From: the human T2T-CHM13v2.0 reference genome, Homo sapiens
Direction: 5' to 3' (one strand)
Assembly (NCBI RefSeq): GCF_009914755.1
Contig: NC_060927.1
Length of the DNA: 64,000 nucleotides
Of the stretch, positions 1 through 14,957 are shown piece by piece. The notes below the pieces were generated by a model. That model saw only the letters and a list, made by a program, of their open reading frames with translations, had not been told where the DNA came from and ran no database searches. The position numbers and the translations under genes are program-made. Positions within the stretch are counted from its first letter, which is position 1. Each line of letters starts with the position of its first letter.

Positions 1-1851
1 GAATCAAGAGGAACTTCTAGAAGGTAGTAAACATCTGACTAGAACATTATGATCAAAATAGTGAAATGTTTGGATTTTTGAATGATTTTAATATGATAGT
101 GAAAAACAGTTGTTCACTAAAGACCAGATAATTTAACTTGATTCTTATAGAAAAATATAATATTTATTGAAGTCTACTGTGTTACCCCCCGGATTCATAG
201 CTGGATACATTTTTAAAAAAATTATAAGACACTAAAAACCCAACTTAAAAATGAAAATTTATACCTGACAAGTATTTGTTTTGTCAGAATACCAGCTTGG
301 CTGAGTATTTTTGTTACTGTCTCCATAAATTTTATATATTTTCTGAATAACATTTATTTGGGTACAACTGTAAAGGAATGGATTAGCCTTCATGTTTGAT
401 AATTGGAGAATATTGGGTAGATTGGTCATGTTACCAGAATGGGCAAAAATGGACCATTTAGAGTGTTGAATTTAAAGTTAGGGTCCTAGTTTTCTCCAAA
501 CTGTTTTTTATTAACTTCAAGATTATATAAAACAACATATTTATGTTATCTTATGTATTTGTGTTCTTTTTTAAAAAAAATAAGTTAGGCGATCCTTTCT
601 TTATATAAATCACATAGAAATTTATAGCCTAGTTGAAATGGGCCACCAAATTCCTGCTACCTTCTCCCCACTTTTTTTCTCATCTAGCAGCTTTTGAGGC
701 ATCACTAGGGATCCACAAAGGGCAGTTTGTAAGAACACTGCTAAACATAATTATTGTGGTTTCACACGGTGTATTTTGCCATTGGTAGCCAATTTGTTGG
801 TAAAATTACTAATGTAAAAATAATTTTTAGTGTATATAAACATATCATTTCTGACCTTGATTCTTTTCTCTGCTTATGTATAAGCATGCTTATCTTTACT
901 GCAATATATTTGCTCTTACAACTATTACCAATTCGTAGTATGGAGGGTTATTGTTTAAACTTAATTTAAGAAAGTAACAAGAAGGAAAGCCACCTTTTGT
1001 CCAGCAACCAAACTTCCCTTCCCTCCCTTTCTACCATCCAACCAATTTACCAGCCAAGCATTTATCCTTCCATCCACCCCACAACAATTATTTGTTGCCA
1101 GGGGATTTAGAGATAAATACATAATCGTTGCCTTCAAAAAGCCCTAGTCAATTATATTCCTTAGGATACTACCAGCATTTCCAAATACTCTTTAGCACAG
1201 ATTATTTCCTTCAAATTAAAATAAAATGTGTGCATGACTCTTTTTTTGTTTGTTTTGTTTTGTTTTGTATGAGAGATTGTGACTTCAAGAAAGTTTAAAA
1301 GCCTTTGGCTAGATACTACATTGATATTGATCTCTTTCTTCTTATACCTTTGTAATTTTTGAAATACATGAGAAACTGTCGTTTACGCTTTCCTTTCATT
1401 TTCCAATCTCCTATTGTATTTGGCACATAGAGTTGAAAGGAAACAATATTAGCATTTAGTAGCAAATTAATTTTCGCAGTAACAAATGACATGTACCAAT
1501 AAGTTATATTTGTTCATGAAAATACATTTAGAGAGTTATATTATGACTTGGTGAATTTTAAGACCGAAAATAAAGAGCCAACTTAGCAAACCTGTGGCTG
1601 ATCAACACAGATTAAGACACTTCTAGTTTCTCCCTCTTTCCATTGGTGTGTACCTTACCAATCAACACCCTCAAAGCAATTAAACTATATATAGTTATCC
1701 CTAATACACATTTACTTCCTTGGGCATTAGCCAGAATGCACATTTTATGATCACTTATCCTTCAAATACAACTACTGGTAATTATCTAAGATGTTTAGAT
1801 GCAGAGGTTTGACAATTAGCAATCAAAGTTCATGTTTGCTAGGAAAATGTA

Positions 1852-2364
1852 CAGCAAGTCCTCAAATAACATCCTTTTGCTCAATGTCATTTCCTTATAA
1901 GTTTGAGGGGAAAAAATCCATTCCTAGCTGGAGCCATTGTCTGTATGGAGTTCACACATTCTCCCCATGTCTTGGGTTGTCTCTGGGTACTCCAGTTTCC
2001 TCCCACATCCCAAATATGTGTATGTTTGGTAAATTGGTGTGTCTACATTGTTCCAGTGTGAGTGAGTGTGGGGGGGGGTGTGTGCCCTGTGTGAGATGTC
2101 CTCCTCTCCAGGGTTGGTTCCTGCTGGTGCCCTGAGCTACTGGGATAGGCTCCAGCCACCTGTGACCCTGAACTGGAGGAACTGGGTAAATCATTTGTTT
2201 TGATTAATCTTTCTTAAATGTAAGTATAGCTTACATTCATCTCAATGTTTAATATTAAATCTTGTTTATATAAATTAGCCTATGATAAAATTGGTTTTTA
2301 TATGTCATTTCACTTAAAGTCAGTTTCCAAGGACCTATCAACAACATGAAAAGAGGACTTACTG
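1852..2364 (+). mobile_element. MER6A-type TcMar-Tigger non-autonomous DNA transposon
   Basis: Starts TA|CAGCAAGTCCTCAAATAAC and ends GAGGACTTACTG (terminal inverted repeats). Internal GGAGTTCACACATTCTCCCCATG...CTCCAGTTTCCTCCCACATCCCAAA matches the MER6 consensus as I recall it. Confidence 0.85.
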
Positions 2365-3050
2365 TGAACACATCTGAACTTTCAAAGCTTGTGTAGTAGC
2401 ATTCAACGGAAATGCATAAACTTCTCTATGCATTAGTACATTAACATTCCCTTTAATTGAAATGAATGCTTACAAGTGTGAAAAGCAACTAATGTAGTGT
2501 TATTTAAATTGAATGTAGGCTCCATTTTTAATAATAGATAGTCTAGAATCATAGATAAAAAGGAATGATAAATAATACAATAGAGTCCAAATCATTCATC
2601 TCTGCATCACTCTACAGAAACATGCTGCTTTCCATCAGATATTTTTTCTGGCATCAAACCTCTGTTTTTGCAAATTATTTTTTTTTCTGTGAGTTTTTAA
2701 TGTTGAAATATTTTCCACATTAGCATGTATTGACTCAGTTTACTTTTTGGTGCACTATTGAAATCACTCAATTGAACGGGAACTTATGCCAGTCCTGAGA
2801 GGATAAGAAACTTGTTGAAAATTATTTTTGCCCTCTCAACAAAAGACATTAGATTTTTAAGTATCCTAGAATTATCATGTTATGTCTAATAGCAGTCATC
2901 ATAGTGATTAAGGCTTCCCAGGCCTCACCAAGATTTGGGTAACAAATGAAGCAATGTAGTAGCTTCGTTCACCCATTTTACTTATTTGAATGAAACTGGA
3001 GAAAGGCTGGGCTAAAGGAAAGAAGCCCTCACTCCCACACTTACCCTCTT

Positions 3051-3162
3051 TTTTCTCATTCCCTTATGCTATATTTGTCTTCTTTGCCAGATTAAACCAG
3101 AAGCCTCAGCCAAAATGAAGAGAAACACAGAAGGTATTTCTTAGTTTCCAAAGTACAATGTT
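3051..3162 (+). repeat. Local direct repeat, copy 1 (112 bp)
   Basis: Ungapped alignment to 4400-4511 with 17 mismatches counted by eye (~85%). Confidence 0.9.
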
Positions 3163-4399
3163 CTGAGGAATTAAGAGAGTTTGAAGAGTAACTTCCTATG
3201 TTCAATTTGGGGAGAGTTATGTAGTAATTTTATAACCTCCCCACTCCAAAATAATGCTAGTCATACCAGTATCTGTCACTCATAGAAATGCCTTTTCTGC
3301 ATGTTAAGTTTAAAAAATGTTTCTATAGGGTGTGATGCTTCTGCTTAGAATAAGCCACATATTTAGCTGTGTGAAAAGATGATGGAATTTAGTCTTTTTC
3401 TTCTTCCCTTCCTTTCTTTCTACTTTCCTCCCTTCCAACATTCTCTGTTTTATTCAATTTCTCTAAAGAATGCTGGGGAGAGCCCAGCCTATCTTGCCTA
3501 TTTGACCTTTACTCTGAAAAGGATGTATGTATGTCTCGTATAAAACATACAGTCTATTCTGCCATTTTATATTTTTCTACAACCACTAATAACCAAATTG
3601 TAAATAGGGGAATGTGAAAGTCATATGAAGTCATATATTATCCTATACAGAGGTTTCTGAAATAGCAGGATTAGAATTATTATCTCTACCAGGAAAGGAA
3701 AAAAAAAAAAACCTCTCAAGTAACAGCCATATAGACAAGAGAATTTTCAAGTCTGCTTACAAAAAGGAAAAAAGAAAACAAGCAAACGTGAACATCTGCA
3801 CCAGGGGCTTTTCCCCTTGAAAGGCACACGCTCATCTGAGCATGGCTTTCTGCCGGTGTAGGCTGCACTTTCTCAAAGCCTACTGCTTTCTGCAAGAAAC
3901 TGTCACGCCCACTCTCATGGTTTTGTGTACTTTGAAGTACCACCTAGTTAGTCTCCAACTATGCTCAGCTGCCTACCTAGGTTATCCAAGATAATTTCTT
4001 AGGGGGCACTAATAATTGTCTTTGGTAATGTTCTTGTTATGGAGCTGTAAGAGTTTTTAGTGGCCTACCAAAAATTTGTTTTTCCTCATAAGCCATATTT
4101 TGGGGATATAATTTTACAAAGAGTAAAGTTGTTCAAAAATGCATGTCTCCGGGTATGGTGGAAATGCCTATTTTATCCTCCTTTATGCTAATGCAGAACT
4201 CTTTTACAGTTTTATATTTGTGCACTAAGCAACATTTTGCAAACATGGAAAATAGCTTGAACACTGGAATATATGTTGCATTATAAGTAATTTTGTCTAC
4301 TTTGTATGTATTATTAAATTTATCTTATAGGAAAAATCTCACCCTGAAATATGGTCATGAATTAAAGGCAATCAACTTTCAAATCACGCCCACCCTTTA

Positions 4400-4511
4400 T
4401 TTTCTCATTCCCGTATGCTATACTTCTCTTCCTTGCTGGATGAAATGAGAAACTTCAGCTGAAATGAAAAGAAACACAGAAATTATTTCTTAGTTTCCAA
4501 AGTACTATGTT
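4400..4511 (+). repeat. Local direct repeat, copy 2 (112 bp)
   Basis: Matches 3051-3162, e.g. the shared AGAAACACAGAA..TATTTCTTAGTTTCCAAAGTAC. Confidence 0.9.
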
Positions 4512-7214
4512 TAGCGACCAAGATGCTGTTATTCAGGCCTCCCAGTTGACAGAATGACCTAGATCTAGAGATCAAGATACCACCTTCTTTAGTGTATACA
4601 AATTTCCAAATAAAGAAAGAATAGGGGGGAAAAATCAGTCTTTCCAGGAGGGTAGAATCTTCTACATGAAAGCAACAAATATACTTCTTCAGAGCCTAAA
4701 TCAATCTGGAAAATCAATAGAACAAGACATTTAAAAGTGTATATTGTGCCTAATATATCTCTTTTCTCCTCCATATCACCCAGCACATAGTACGTACTCA
4801 GAAATGTCTGTAGGAAACAGCTTATTGTGAACAAATTCACCCCCAAATGTATGAATTTATGATTATCAATAGAAATAAAGATAGTTGTAAGAATTGAAGA
4901 ACTGAATTACACAAGAGTAATAGATTGAAAATTTTTATATGAGCACAGTCTCCTTACCAGATGCCTTACGCTCTAATGGGTCAACAATTGACATGAAAAG
5001 AAAAAATACACGTGTATAGATAGATATATGTGTATGATAAAATGTCAACTGCTATTGAATCTAAATTTTGGGTGTATTGGTGATTATTATACTTAAAAAA
5101 TATTTTTCTGAACGTGTAAGCACTTTCACAAGAAACTAGGAGAAGAAGTATTGTTGCATAATAAGAGATGTCTAATAAAAGAGATATTACTGTGAAATCT
5201 TTTATAGGCCCTCACAGGCTGCAAAAATCATTTTCAAACTTGTATTATTTAGTTTCAACTATCCTATCCAACCTGTATTTTCGTGTGTAGTTCAAATCTC
5301 TTTAATTATAGTTTTCATATTTATGGCCTTTGATATTCAGTATGGTAGAAATGCCCTTAAAGACATATATAGTCTCCTAATTTAAATCCTTCAGTAAAAC
5401 TAGAAATCGACATTTTCTCGAATCTTCCGTCAAGGAGCAGACTGCCTGCCGTGGTTTTATTGCAGTCTGGTGCTTTACACCACTTTCTTCTCTGTGATTA
5501 TTTGTGAGTCATTTTGTAAGTTTTTACTTTGTTTCATAAATCTATACTGTAAACTTTTTAGGCAATGATTATCTTAAGTCTTTGTTTTTTTTTAGTTACC
5601 TGTGAATCAGAAAATGAGGGAATTTAGACTATATCACATTGTTTTGATTTTGATTTATTTAAAAAAAATCTGTGCACCTTTCTGCATTTATTCAATAATA
5701 ACTCGAAATAATAATAATAACTTGAAATCTCCCTGAAGGCAGGAAATGTTGCCTCCTGCGTTTCTAGCACAGTGGCTTTTATACAATGGCTGCTTAGTAA
5801 ATACTGTTGAATTTTGATGTAAAAGGTGGCACATGTACCTTGCAGATATTTTGTACTCTTTTATTATAGCGCCTGTTTTATAGCATTTGTGAGCCCTTCC
5901 TTCTAAACGTGTCCCAAATTTCAGAGAGATTGGAGTTTGCGATAGTGGGTCAGATTTTTGGGCTTAGTCCTGCAGGCTTATCATGGATCTGGGGCAGTAA
6001 TCTAAAGACATTGGAACTGAGATGTCATACCCGGTTGACAACTGGGGCTCTAATTCAGGTCTGCGAGGCCTCATTCTCTCATTGACAGAACGAGAGAGCA
6101 GATTCTACTTTTAGGTATATTGTTTTGGAGATCCAAGAGCTGGGAGCAGCCATTTCTTCTCATCTTCCTTTTCCATATTTACAGATACGTAGGTGACCAT
6201 GTTATCTGTAATAGATATTTTTTACTCTTTGTTGAAATAATTGGGAAGAAAATTCTTAGTTGTTTGGCTTATTATCAAATTTTCTTAGTTTTTTATTTAA
6301 TCTATTTTTATGACACTTTGGATCCTTCTGTTTAAGAGACTGCAATAAATGAAGGAGAGGAATGAAGCAAATAAACTTGGATTAGCTGTCTTTGTTGATA
6401 TCGTTTAGGAAGAACCGCATGCCAGTACCCTAATTAACAAATACATGGTGTGATAGTTTATAGTTCAAACAGTATTGTCTAAAGTCGTTTTAATCTATCA
6501 GGTTTTTATAGGAAGATACCACAAAGACTTGATGGTACAGTTACACAGATTTAATTCTATGAACATAAAAAAATTGATTTTCCTGGGGGCATTAAGAACT
6601 GTTTTTATTGATTGAATATTTTACTTGCATAAATGGTAGTTCTTAAAAACAGCTGCACATTTTACTGTTAGTATCTGAAAGTTCTTAAATTGTAGGCATA
6701 AATGTTTCATTTTAATTGTGCATTTCCATCCTTCAACCCAAGTAACAAGAAGATAATATAGAGAGTGTGTCATACTTTTTCTGGGTACAAAGATGATAAA
6801 GTTGCTGTCCATACTCTCAAAATAACTTCTTTCTTATTCCTTTTGTTTCTACCTGCTCTAAGATAATTGACTCAATGGGACTACCCTAATACTCTTGCAG
6901 AATCTAAACTAGATTATACTGGACATTGGAAGAGTTTACGTATCAGAAAATGCCATTCCTCCGGACATAAGGTAGTGAGATAATATTTTAGCTTCTTCAG
7001 GAAAACTTTCCTGAAACCTCAAAGCTGAAGGATGTCTTGGAAGCATTCGCATTTCTGGCCTCCCTCATTTTACAGGGCTGGAGATGCAAACCACACACGG
7101 ATCTAGTTGGTGTCTTCTCATGAACTAGAAATCTTATTTTTAGAATATTCTTCCAGTGATTTCTGCCACTATAGTTTTATTGTTGGTTTGAGCAGTTAGT
7201 ATTGAGGATTCATT

Positions 7215-7725
7215 TTGGAAGGAACTGCTAGCTGCCAACCAATATCCTTTATTTCTTTGTACTTTAATAATAGAACACCAATTTTATTTTGGGCAACCAT
7301 GTGCCCAGATAAAATACTGTAATTGCTAACACATTCACAACTAATACGGTCATGTGGCTAAATTTTGTCCACTAACCAGAACTATTATGGGGAGACTTCA
7401 GAGATGTTTCTGGGGAAATGATTCGGCTGGGAATTGTGCTGTCATCCTCTTGTTCCTTCTTTTTGCTGCCTGGAATACAGACTTGATGACTGGAGCTTTA
7501 GTGGCTATCTTGGACCAAGTGATGATCTTGAAGATGAAAATGCTATTCTAGAATAGTGGCAGAGTGAGATAGAAGAAGCCTAAATCTTTAATTGATGACT
7601 ATAGAACTGTTATACCAGTCCTGGATTGTTTATTAGGATTTTTTTTTTTTCCTGTAGTCAGAAATGAACTTCTCTTTTATTTGAGCTATTATTATTTTCC
7701 TCTTACATGTTATTGAACCAATTAT
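7215..7725 (+). mobile_element. Old MaLR LTR (MLT1I/J-like)
   Basis: Motifs GCTGCCTGGAATACAGACTTGATGACTGGAGC, GCTATCTTGGACCAAG and AGAAGAAGCCT, typical of MLT1H-K LTRs. Boundaries are approximate. Confidence 0.65.
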
Positions 7726-8470
7726 TGATGAAAGAGAGTCAAACTCTGTAAAATATTGGAAAGGATTTATGTTTAGCCAAATATAAGTGACCAAGGCCTA
7801 AGGCACAGTCTCAAGAGTTCCGGAGAACACATGCCCAAGGTGGTTGGGTTACAGACCAATTTTATACATTTTAGGGGACAGAAGTTACAGGCAGACATCA
7901 ATCAATACATGTAAGGTATACTTTGGTTTTGTCCAGAAAGGTGGTAGAACCTGAAGCATGTGGCAGGGGGCTTACAGGTAATGGGTAGATTTAAAGATTT
8001 GCTGATTGGCAGTCCTTTGACAGGGTTAAGCTCTGACTGAAGAGATGAGGTCAGCAGAAGGAAATATTTGTAGTTAAGATAAGGGGCCTTGTTGAAGCCA
8101 AGGTTCTTGTTATGTAGATGAAGCTTCCAGGTAGCAAGCTGCAGACAGAATAGCTGGTAAATGTCTCTTATCAGACCTTAAGAGGTACCAGACTCTTAGT
8201 TAAATCTCTCCTGGATCAGGGAAAGTCCTGGCAGGGGAAGGAGATTCACTACAGAATGTAGCTTTTCCCCACAAGAAACAGCTTTTCGGGGTCATTTCAA
8301 AATATGTCAAAGAAATATATTTCAGGGTAAAATACTTTGATTTCTTTCAGAGCCTGCTGTCTGTTGTGTGATGCTATACCAGAGTCTGGTTGTAATAGTC
8401 TGTGTGGTCAGTCTTAAGATCTCTGTGTTAATGCTGGCCAGTTGTGCCTGAATTCCAAAGGGAGGAGAGT
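7726..8470 (-). mobile_element. ERV1 MER4-group LTR (MER4B/D/E-like), truncated
   Basis: GAGTCAAACTCTGTAAAATATT...CCCAAGGTGGTTGGG and CATTTCAAAATATGTCAAAGAAATATATTT are characteristic of the MER4-group LTR reverse strand. Confidence 0.8.
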
Positions 8471-9102
8471 AAAAAATACTGTATGTATGTACAATATGTT
8501 TTCCATTAATAATAGTCCTTGTTCTATATCAGGGTTTCTCAACCCAAAGTTCATGAATTTCTTGAGGTATTATGAAAAACTATACTTGTATATACATTTT
8601 TTTTCCTACAAAGGTAGTCCATTAAGTCCTCGAGAGATCTGGATATCAGAGACAGTGCTCAAAATAGGAAGATGATATTTATCTAGAGAAGGGCTTCATC
8701 TATTGCAGAGCAGCTAAAGTAGAAGATTATTTGAAATGCCGCCTTCAACATCATAATCAATATTTAATAGCAATCTCTGAATGTCTAAAATGACAGGCCT
8801 TCAAGTTCTTATTTCAAATACCTCTTCCTCTCCAAAATATTTTTCAAATTGCCAAGTAGGAAATAATATTTCCCTTTTCTAATTTCCCATAATACTTTAA
8901 TACATACTCTCTTAAAATACTTACCTGTGTGTTTTGAACTTCTTCAAGTTCCTTGAAAGCCAATATCACATCTAGACCACCATTAAATCCCCAGCCATTT
9001 ACAAATATGACTTATTCAATAAATCCTTGTTGGATGAATAAATTCCTGAATCCATTGGCTTATTTTGGTGGACACACTACACTTTTAATATGGCTCTTGT
9101 TT

Positions 9103-9440
9103 GGTCCCCAATCCCCAGGCCATGGACAGGTTACCTGTCTGTGGCCTGTTAGGAACCTGGCTGCACAGCAGGAGATGAGCAGCAGGCGAGCGAGCATTAC
9201 CTCCTGAGCTCTGCCTCCTATCAGGTCAGTGGCAGCATTAGATTCTCATGGGAGTGCGAACCCTATTGTGAACTGCATACGAGGGATCTAGGTTGCACCC
9301 TCCTTATGAGAATCTTACTAATGCCTGATGACCTGAGGGGGAACAGTTTCATCTTGAAGCCATACTCCCCTTGCCTGGTCCGTGGAAAAATTGTCTTCCA
9401 TGAAACCAGTCCCTGCTGCCAAAAAGGTTGGGGACCACTG
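9103..9440 (+). mobile_element. MER1B hAT-Charlie DNA transposon
   Basis: GGTCCCCAA...GGCCTGTTAGGAACC...GCAGCATTAGATTCTCAT...AAAAAGGTTGGGGACCACTG; ~340 bp with inverted ends. Confidence 0.9.
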
Positions 9441-10391
9441 GTTGAAAACATAGGAAACTTCAGCCTCAAAAGTAATTTAATAGGAAGGCTCCAAATTGGA
9501 TCCAGGTTTCAGCCACTAGAACATAGCACAGAGAAGGCACAGATGGCAGTCCACAGCACCTGGCTGAAACACAGATTGGCCTCTTGTCTTCTGTCCCTAA
9601 CCATCCAGATGATAGATTTATGCACAAGCGGGCTCAGAAAAATTAGACTTAAGAAGATATAAACCATTTTCTACCTGGGAGATATCAGTTGTCAGCATTC
9701 TATTTTCTGTGTAGTAGTTATAAAACAAAAGAAAGTTAATCAAATGTTTCCTCTGGATACAAATTCTGATTTGTCATGTCATTCCAAAATGTAGTGGCAC
9801 TGTAAAATTCTACCAGTAGGAAAGCCATTTACTCTTGATGATGTCCGATGTGCTTACAGTCGATATTGATTTAATTCTGCTTGGTTGTTGTTTATTAGCT
9901 CATTTCATTTTTACTGGGGTATTGGACATTTTTAGATATGTCAGGAAAATATTGTTTTAGGATTTTAGGGAGCTTAAAAACAATGCCTCTCTTTCTCCAC
10001 AAAGTTCAGAAGCAATGGGGAAACATATGTAACAGTCTGATACAAATAAAAATATAACATTTATTATCGATGAAGTGAAAAATATGACATAGATTTGTTG
10101 ACCAGTAGAGTGCTAATAATTCACCCCTGAATTAAGTGGATTTACCTACCCAGTTACTTTCACGCTTGGACAATTTCAGTCTCCTGGAGATAGGCTCTGT
10201 GATGGATGGTTGGAAAGCAGAACAGAAGGCACCATTTTTGAAGGTAAGGGTTTCAGAAAAAAGAATAGAAGAAGAGCTGAGATGCCTATGTTCAGTTCCC
10301 TTTTCCAAAGTCACTAAGGAAGGTCCAGGAATGTTGTCCTACCATTGTTTTTCCAAATGGAAATATGTGATGTGGGTAATAAGTGTTCCCT

Positions 10392-10780
10392 TGTGTTAAG
10401 GCTCTCCAGAGAATCAGACCCAATATATTAAGAGGTCATTTATTGTGGGAATTGGCTCTCACAATTATGGAGACTGAAGGCCTAAGAACTGGGGACTTCT
10501 CATAGAAGTCCTGGAGTCTGAAGGCTTGAGAATCTGGAGCTCTGATATCTAAAGGCAGACAAAGATGGATGTCCCAGCTCCAGAAGAGAGCAAAATTGCC
10601 CTTCTTCAGCCTTTTTGTTCTGTCTGGGCTATCAAGGACCCAGGTGATGCCTGCCCACATTGATGAGGGCAGATTATCTGTACTTTGGAAACAATGTCAC
10701 AGAGACACCCAAAAATGTTTTACTAGCTATGTAGGAATTCCTTAACCCACTTCAGTTGACATATTAATTTAACTATCACT
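10392..10780 (-). mobile_element. MLT2 (ERVL) LTR
   Basis: CTCTCCAGAGAA...GGAATTGGCTCTCACAATTATGGAGACTGA...GATGGATGTCCCAGCTCCAGAAGAGAG...CAGTTGACATATTAATTTAACTATCAC. Confidence 0.85.
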
Positions 10781-11744
10781 TCCTTCTTCTTTCATATGTA
10801 TTTCACTGTGTTCCTCTGACACTGTTTGAAATTTTAAGTGATGTCATCATTTTCTTCTCACTACAACCTTTAATGGACACTCTTCCCCTATTGAATCACA
10901 TATAAAGTCCTTGGCACCTAAGATTACTGTGAACTGGCCCCCAGTATCTAAAATCAATACCTGTAGTTCACATCCCTATAGCATTTTCACCCTCAAATGA
11001 CTTAGCTCATTATGTAGTTTTTGGAAAATCCAGAATGTGGTACATTTTCACACCTACTGTTAGTAGTTCTCACCTTGACTTGTATAATGAACCATTTAAT
11101 GTGCTGTGCTCATGAGTGGCAACCTAGGGAGACCTAAGCGATCTTCAGTAAGAAGAGGTTTGAGGATTTAGGGGTGGGAGTTAAGTCTCATAAGATCCAG
11201 GTGAAGTTATATAAGCATTGTGGCATATGAAATTTCATATATTTTGTATTAATATTGCTGATTGGTGATGTGAACTTATTTAATGTCATTTTCCTGTTCT
11301 TGCCTACCCGATTGAATACTAAAGAGCTAAAATTTTTATTCTCTCTTATGACTTTTGAATCCCTTATAGAGCACTTAACAGAATCTATAACTATTGAATT
11401 TACTTATCAATTACTTATCTGTTATCTTTCTCCCTCCACGGGATATAAACCTCATAATTGTCATGTTTGTCTAGCTCTTCAATATGATCGGCACCACATA
11501 GACCATAAATATGAGTTGAGTGAATCCTCTCAGTTATTTACTTGCTCACTTCTACTCTTTTTCTCTACCTTTCCACCCACCCATAATCAACTATTACTAA
11601 AATTAGAAACAAATGAAGTAATTTCAAATGCCTTATAGAAATATAGTAAGTCAATGGTAGTAAAAAGTTGTTTATATCATGATATAATATATGGCCAATT
11701 CATTGAATATTACTACTTAATTTCATCTTTATGTATTTTTGCAA

Positions 11745-11840
11745 ATATATATGAATACTTATGGAGTTTGAATATATATGAGGAATATATATGGAGTATG
11801 AATATATATGGATTTTGAATATATATGAATACTTATGGAG
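11745..11840. repeat. AT-rich degenerate minisatellite (GAATATATATG-based units)
   Basis: Five imperfect copies of AATATATATG(A/G); the first and last are followed by AATACTTATGGAG. Confidence 0.75.
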
Positions 11841-12007
11841 CAAATACTGATTGCATTTATGGCAACATATTCATTAATAACTGAAACCTAACATGAGCAC
11901 TGCTGCTAGGTTGTGTGGTAATTACAGTTCAGTTATTTTAGAAATTGCTGAAATGTTTTCCAGAGTGTCTCTATCATTTTACATTCCTCCTAGCAATGTA
12001 TGAGTGA

Positions 12008-12383
<376 letters not shown>

Positions 12384-12407
12384 AATTTTTCCTCTTATTG
12401 ATGGTGC

Positions 12408-12697
<290 letters not shown>

Positions 12698-12950
12698 TTG
12701 ATGGTGCTTTTGGTATCAAGTCTGAGAACTCGTTGCCTAACCCTAGATCTTGAAGATTTTCTCTTGCATCCTCTAAAATAGTTTTATATTTTATATTTAA
12801 GTCCATGATCTATTTTGAATTAATGCTTGTAGTGTGAGATTTAGGTTGATATTCATTTGTCTCTGGATATCCAGTTGCTCCAACACCATTTGCTGAAAAG
12901 CCTATCCTTCTGCTATTATATTGCTTTTGTACCTTTCTCAAAAATTAGTT

Positions 12951-13145
12951 TGACTACTAATGGATATAGAGTTTATTTTGGAGGATATGAAAATATTCCT
13001 GATTAAATAATAATGATGGTTGTACAACTCCATTAACATACTAAACAGAATCTATAATTATTGAATTTACTAAATTGTATATCTAAAGAGGTGAAAATTA
13101 TGGGGTGTGAATTACATACCAATAAAACTGTTATTTTTTTAAAAC
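12951..13145 (+). mobile_element. L1MB/MC 3' terminal fragment (sense) nested in antisense L1
   Basis: GATGGTTGTACAACTC...GTGTGAATTACATACCAATAAAACTGTT resembles the L1M 3' end. Confidence 0.7.
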
Positions 13146-14957
13146 TTGGGTGGATTTGTATTGGGTCTATTTCTGGGTTCCCTACTTGTATTCATTGATC
13201 TATGTGTCTGTCTCTCTGCCAGTATCACACTGTCATGATTAAGGTAGCTATATGTTTAAGCCTTATTACTGGGTAAATTGATTTCTCTCATATTCTTCTT
13301 TTTTATCTAGATTGCTTTATTCTAGGGTGCTTATCTTTCTATATAAATTTTAAAGTAAGTTTTAAAATGTCTACTAAAACCTTACAGGGAGTTTGATAAG
13401 AATTTTATTAAGCCCATATATTTCTTTGGGGAAAATTGACATCTTTTTTACATTGACCCTTCCAGTTCATGAACCTGGTATGTCTCTCTGTTTACTTAGT
13501 TCTTCTTTTATTTCTTCCATTGTCATTTAGTTATTTTCAATATGCAGATCCCATGCAAGTTTTGTGAATTTTGTACTGAAGTATTTCATTTCCTTTGGAA
13601 TGATTTTAAATGGTATTATGTTTTTAATTTTGCCTTTTAATATCCATTTTTAATGTATACAAATACAATAGATTCTTGTGTGTTTATCTTATGTCAACAT
13701 CCTACAGTATCTTGCAATATTGCTGAACTCAACCTTTAAATTTTTAAGGTTTATGAATATTGGACTTTAAAAGTTTTATATTAATTAGTATTTTTATCTT
13801 CCCCTGAATAATACCAGGAGTTTAAAATGCTAACTTGAATCACCTTCTTTCTGAGGCCCATTAATTGCAGCCTAGTATTTTAGATTTGCCTTCTTTTCAA
13901 CCTTAAAAATCCTTATTATAAGTGTTCTTTTTGTTGCTTTTTTAGTCAGTAATTGTGTAGATTTCTCAAAGTGTTATTTTAGCTTCTAAGATCATCATTC
14001 TTTAATTAACGTTTACCCAGATAAAAGTATAAAATTATATTTTGACACTTATTTTTTCTTAAGTGTTTGAAAATAGTATTATTCCATTGTGTTCTTGCCC
14101 CTCCTTTCTAATGAGAATTCTGCATACAATCTAATTGTTATTTCTTTGTAAATACTTGCTTTTTGTTTCTGGTTGCTTTTTAAGATTTTTCTCTCCATCT
14201 TGGGTATCCACTGGTACACTAATATGATTGGTTACTTTAGGCTTTGTTTTTATTAAACCTTTTCAATGTTCAGTATGTTTCTTTTTTTTCTGAAGACAAC
14301 TTTTGATATAATTCATTCTTAAACAGAATCTATTTGATATTTAATTGTCCTTTGAGTTTTTTTCTTAATTTTTTCTATTGAAGTATAAATTCCACATACT
14401 GAAATACATAGTCATTAAGTGTGCAGGCTAATGAGTCTTTGCAAATGAACATTTACCTGTGCAAGCATCGTATTTGTCAAGATAAGGAACATTTTCTTCC
14501 CTGCAGAAAGTTCCTCATGTCCCACTTTTTCAAGTCCTCTTTCTTCCCCCCCGCACAATGTATAGATTGTTAAAATTGTACTCTCTGCTCTTAGATTTTT
14601 ATAATGAATTTAAATATGTATTTTATATCTTTCAGGTTCTTCCATTATTTTTAGGTTTTTGCATGCCAGTTAATACTTGAAACTTCTGTTTGCTCCTGAT
14701 GATGGTTGTCATTGCATGGTGTATTTTTAGCAGATTTTTTTGTTAACTGTGGGAGACCCATATGCTCAGGAGGATAGACATGTCCCTATATAGAAAGTCC
14801 ATTCATTTTTGTGAGGTTTCAAATGGATTTGTAGGAGTTTGTCTAGTTTTTGTGTTAACATTTCAATTCCGGATTACTAGACCACCACTAGGAAGTGTAA
14901 ATTTGGGCTTTATATCTGTTCAGATTGAAGTTACATTTGTTAACAGATTTTACCCTC

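Noticed and set aside
3115-3133. MKRNT resembling the PDE4D7 N-terminus
   Set aside because: Only five residues match and the following sequence does not continue the protein; treated as chance.
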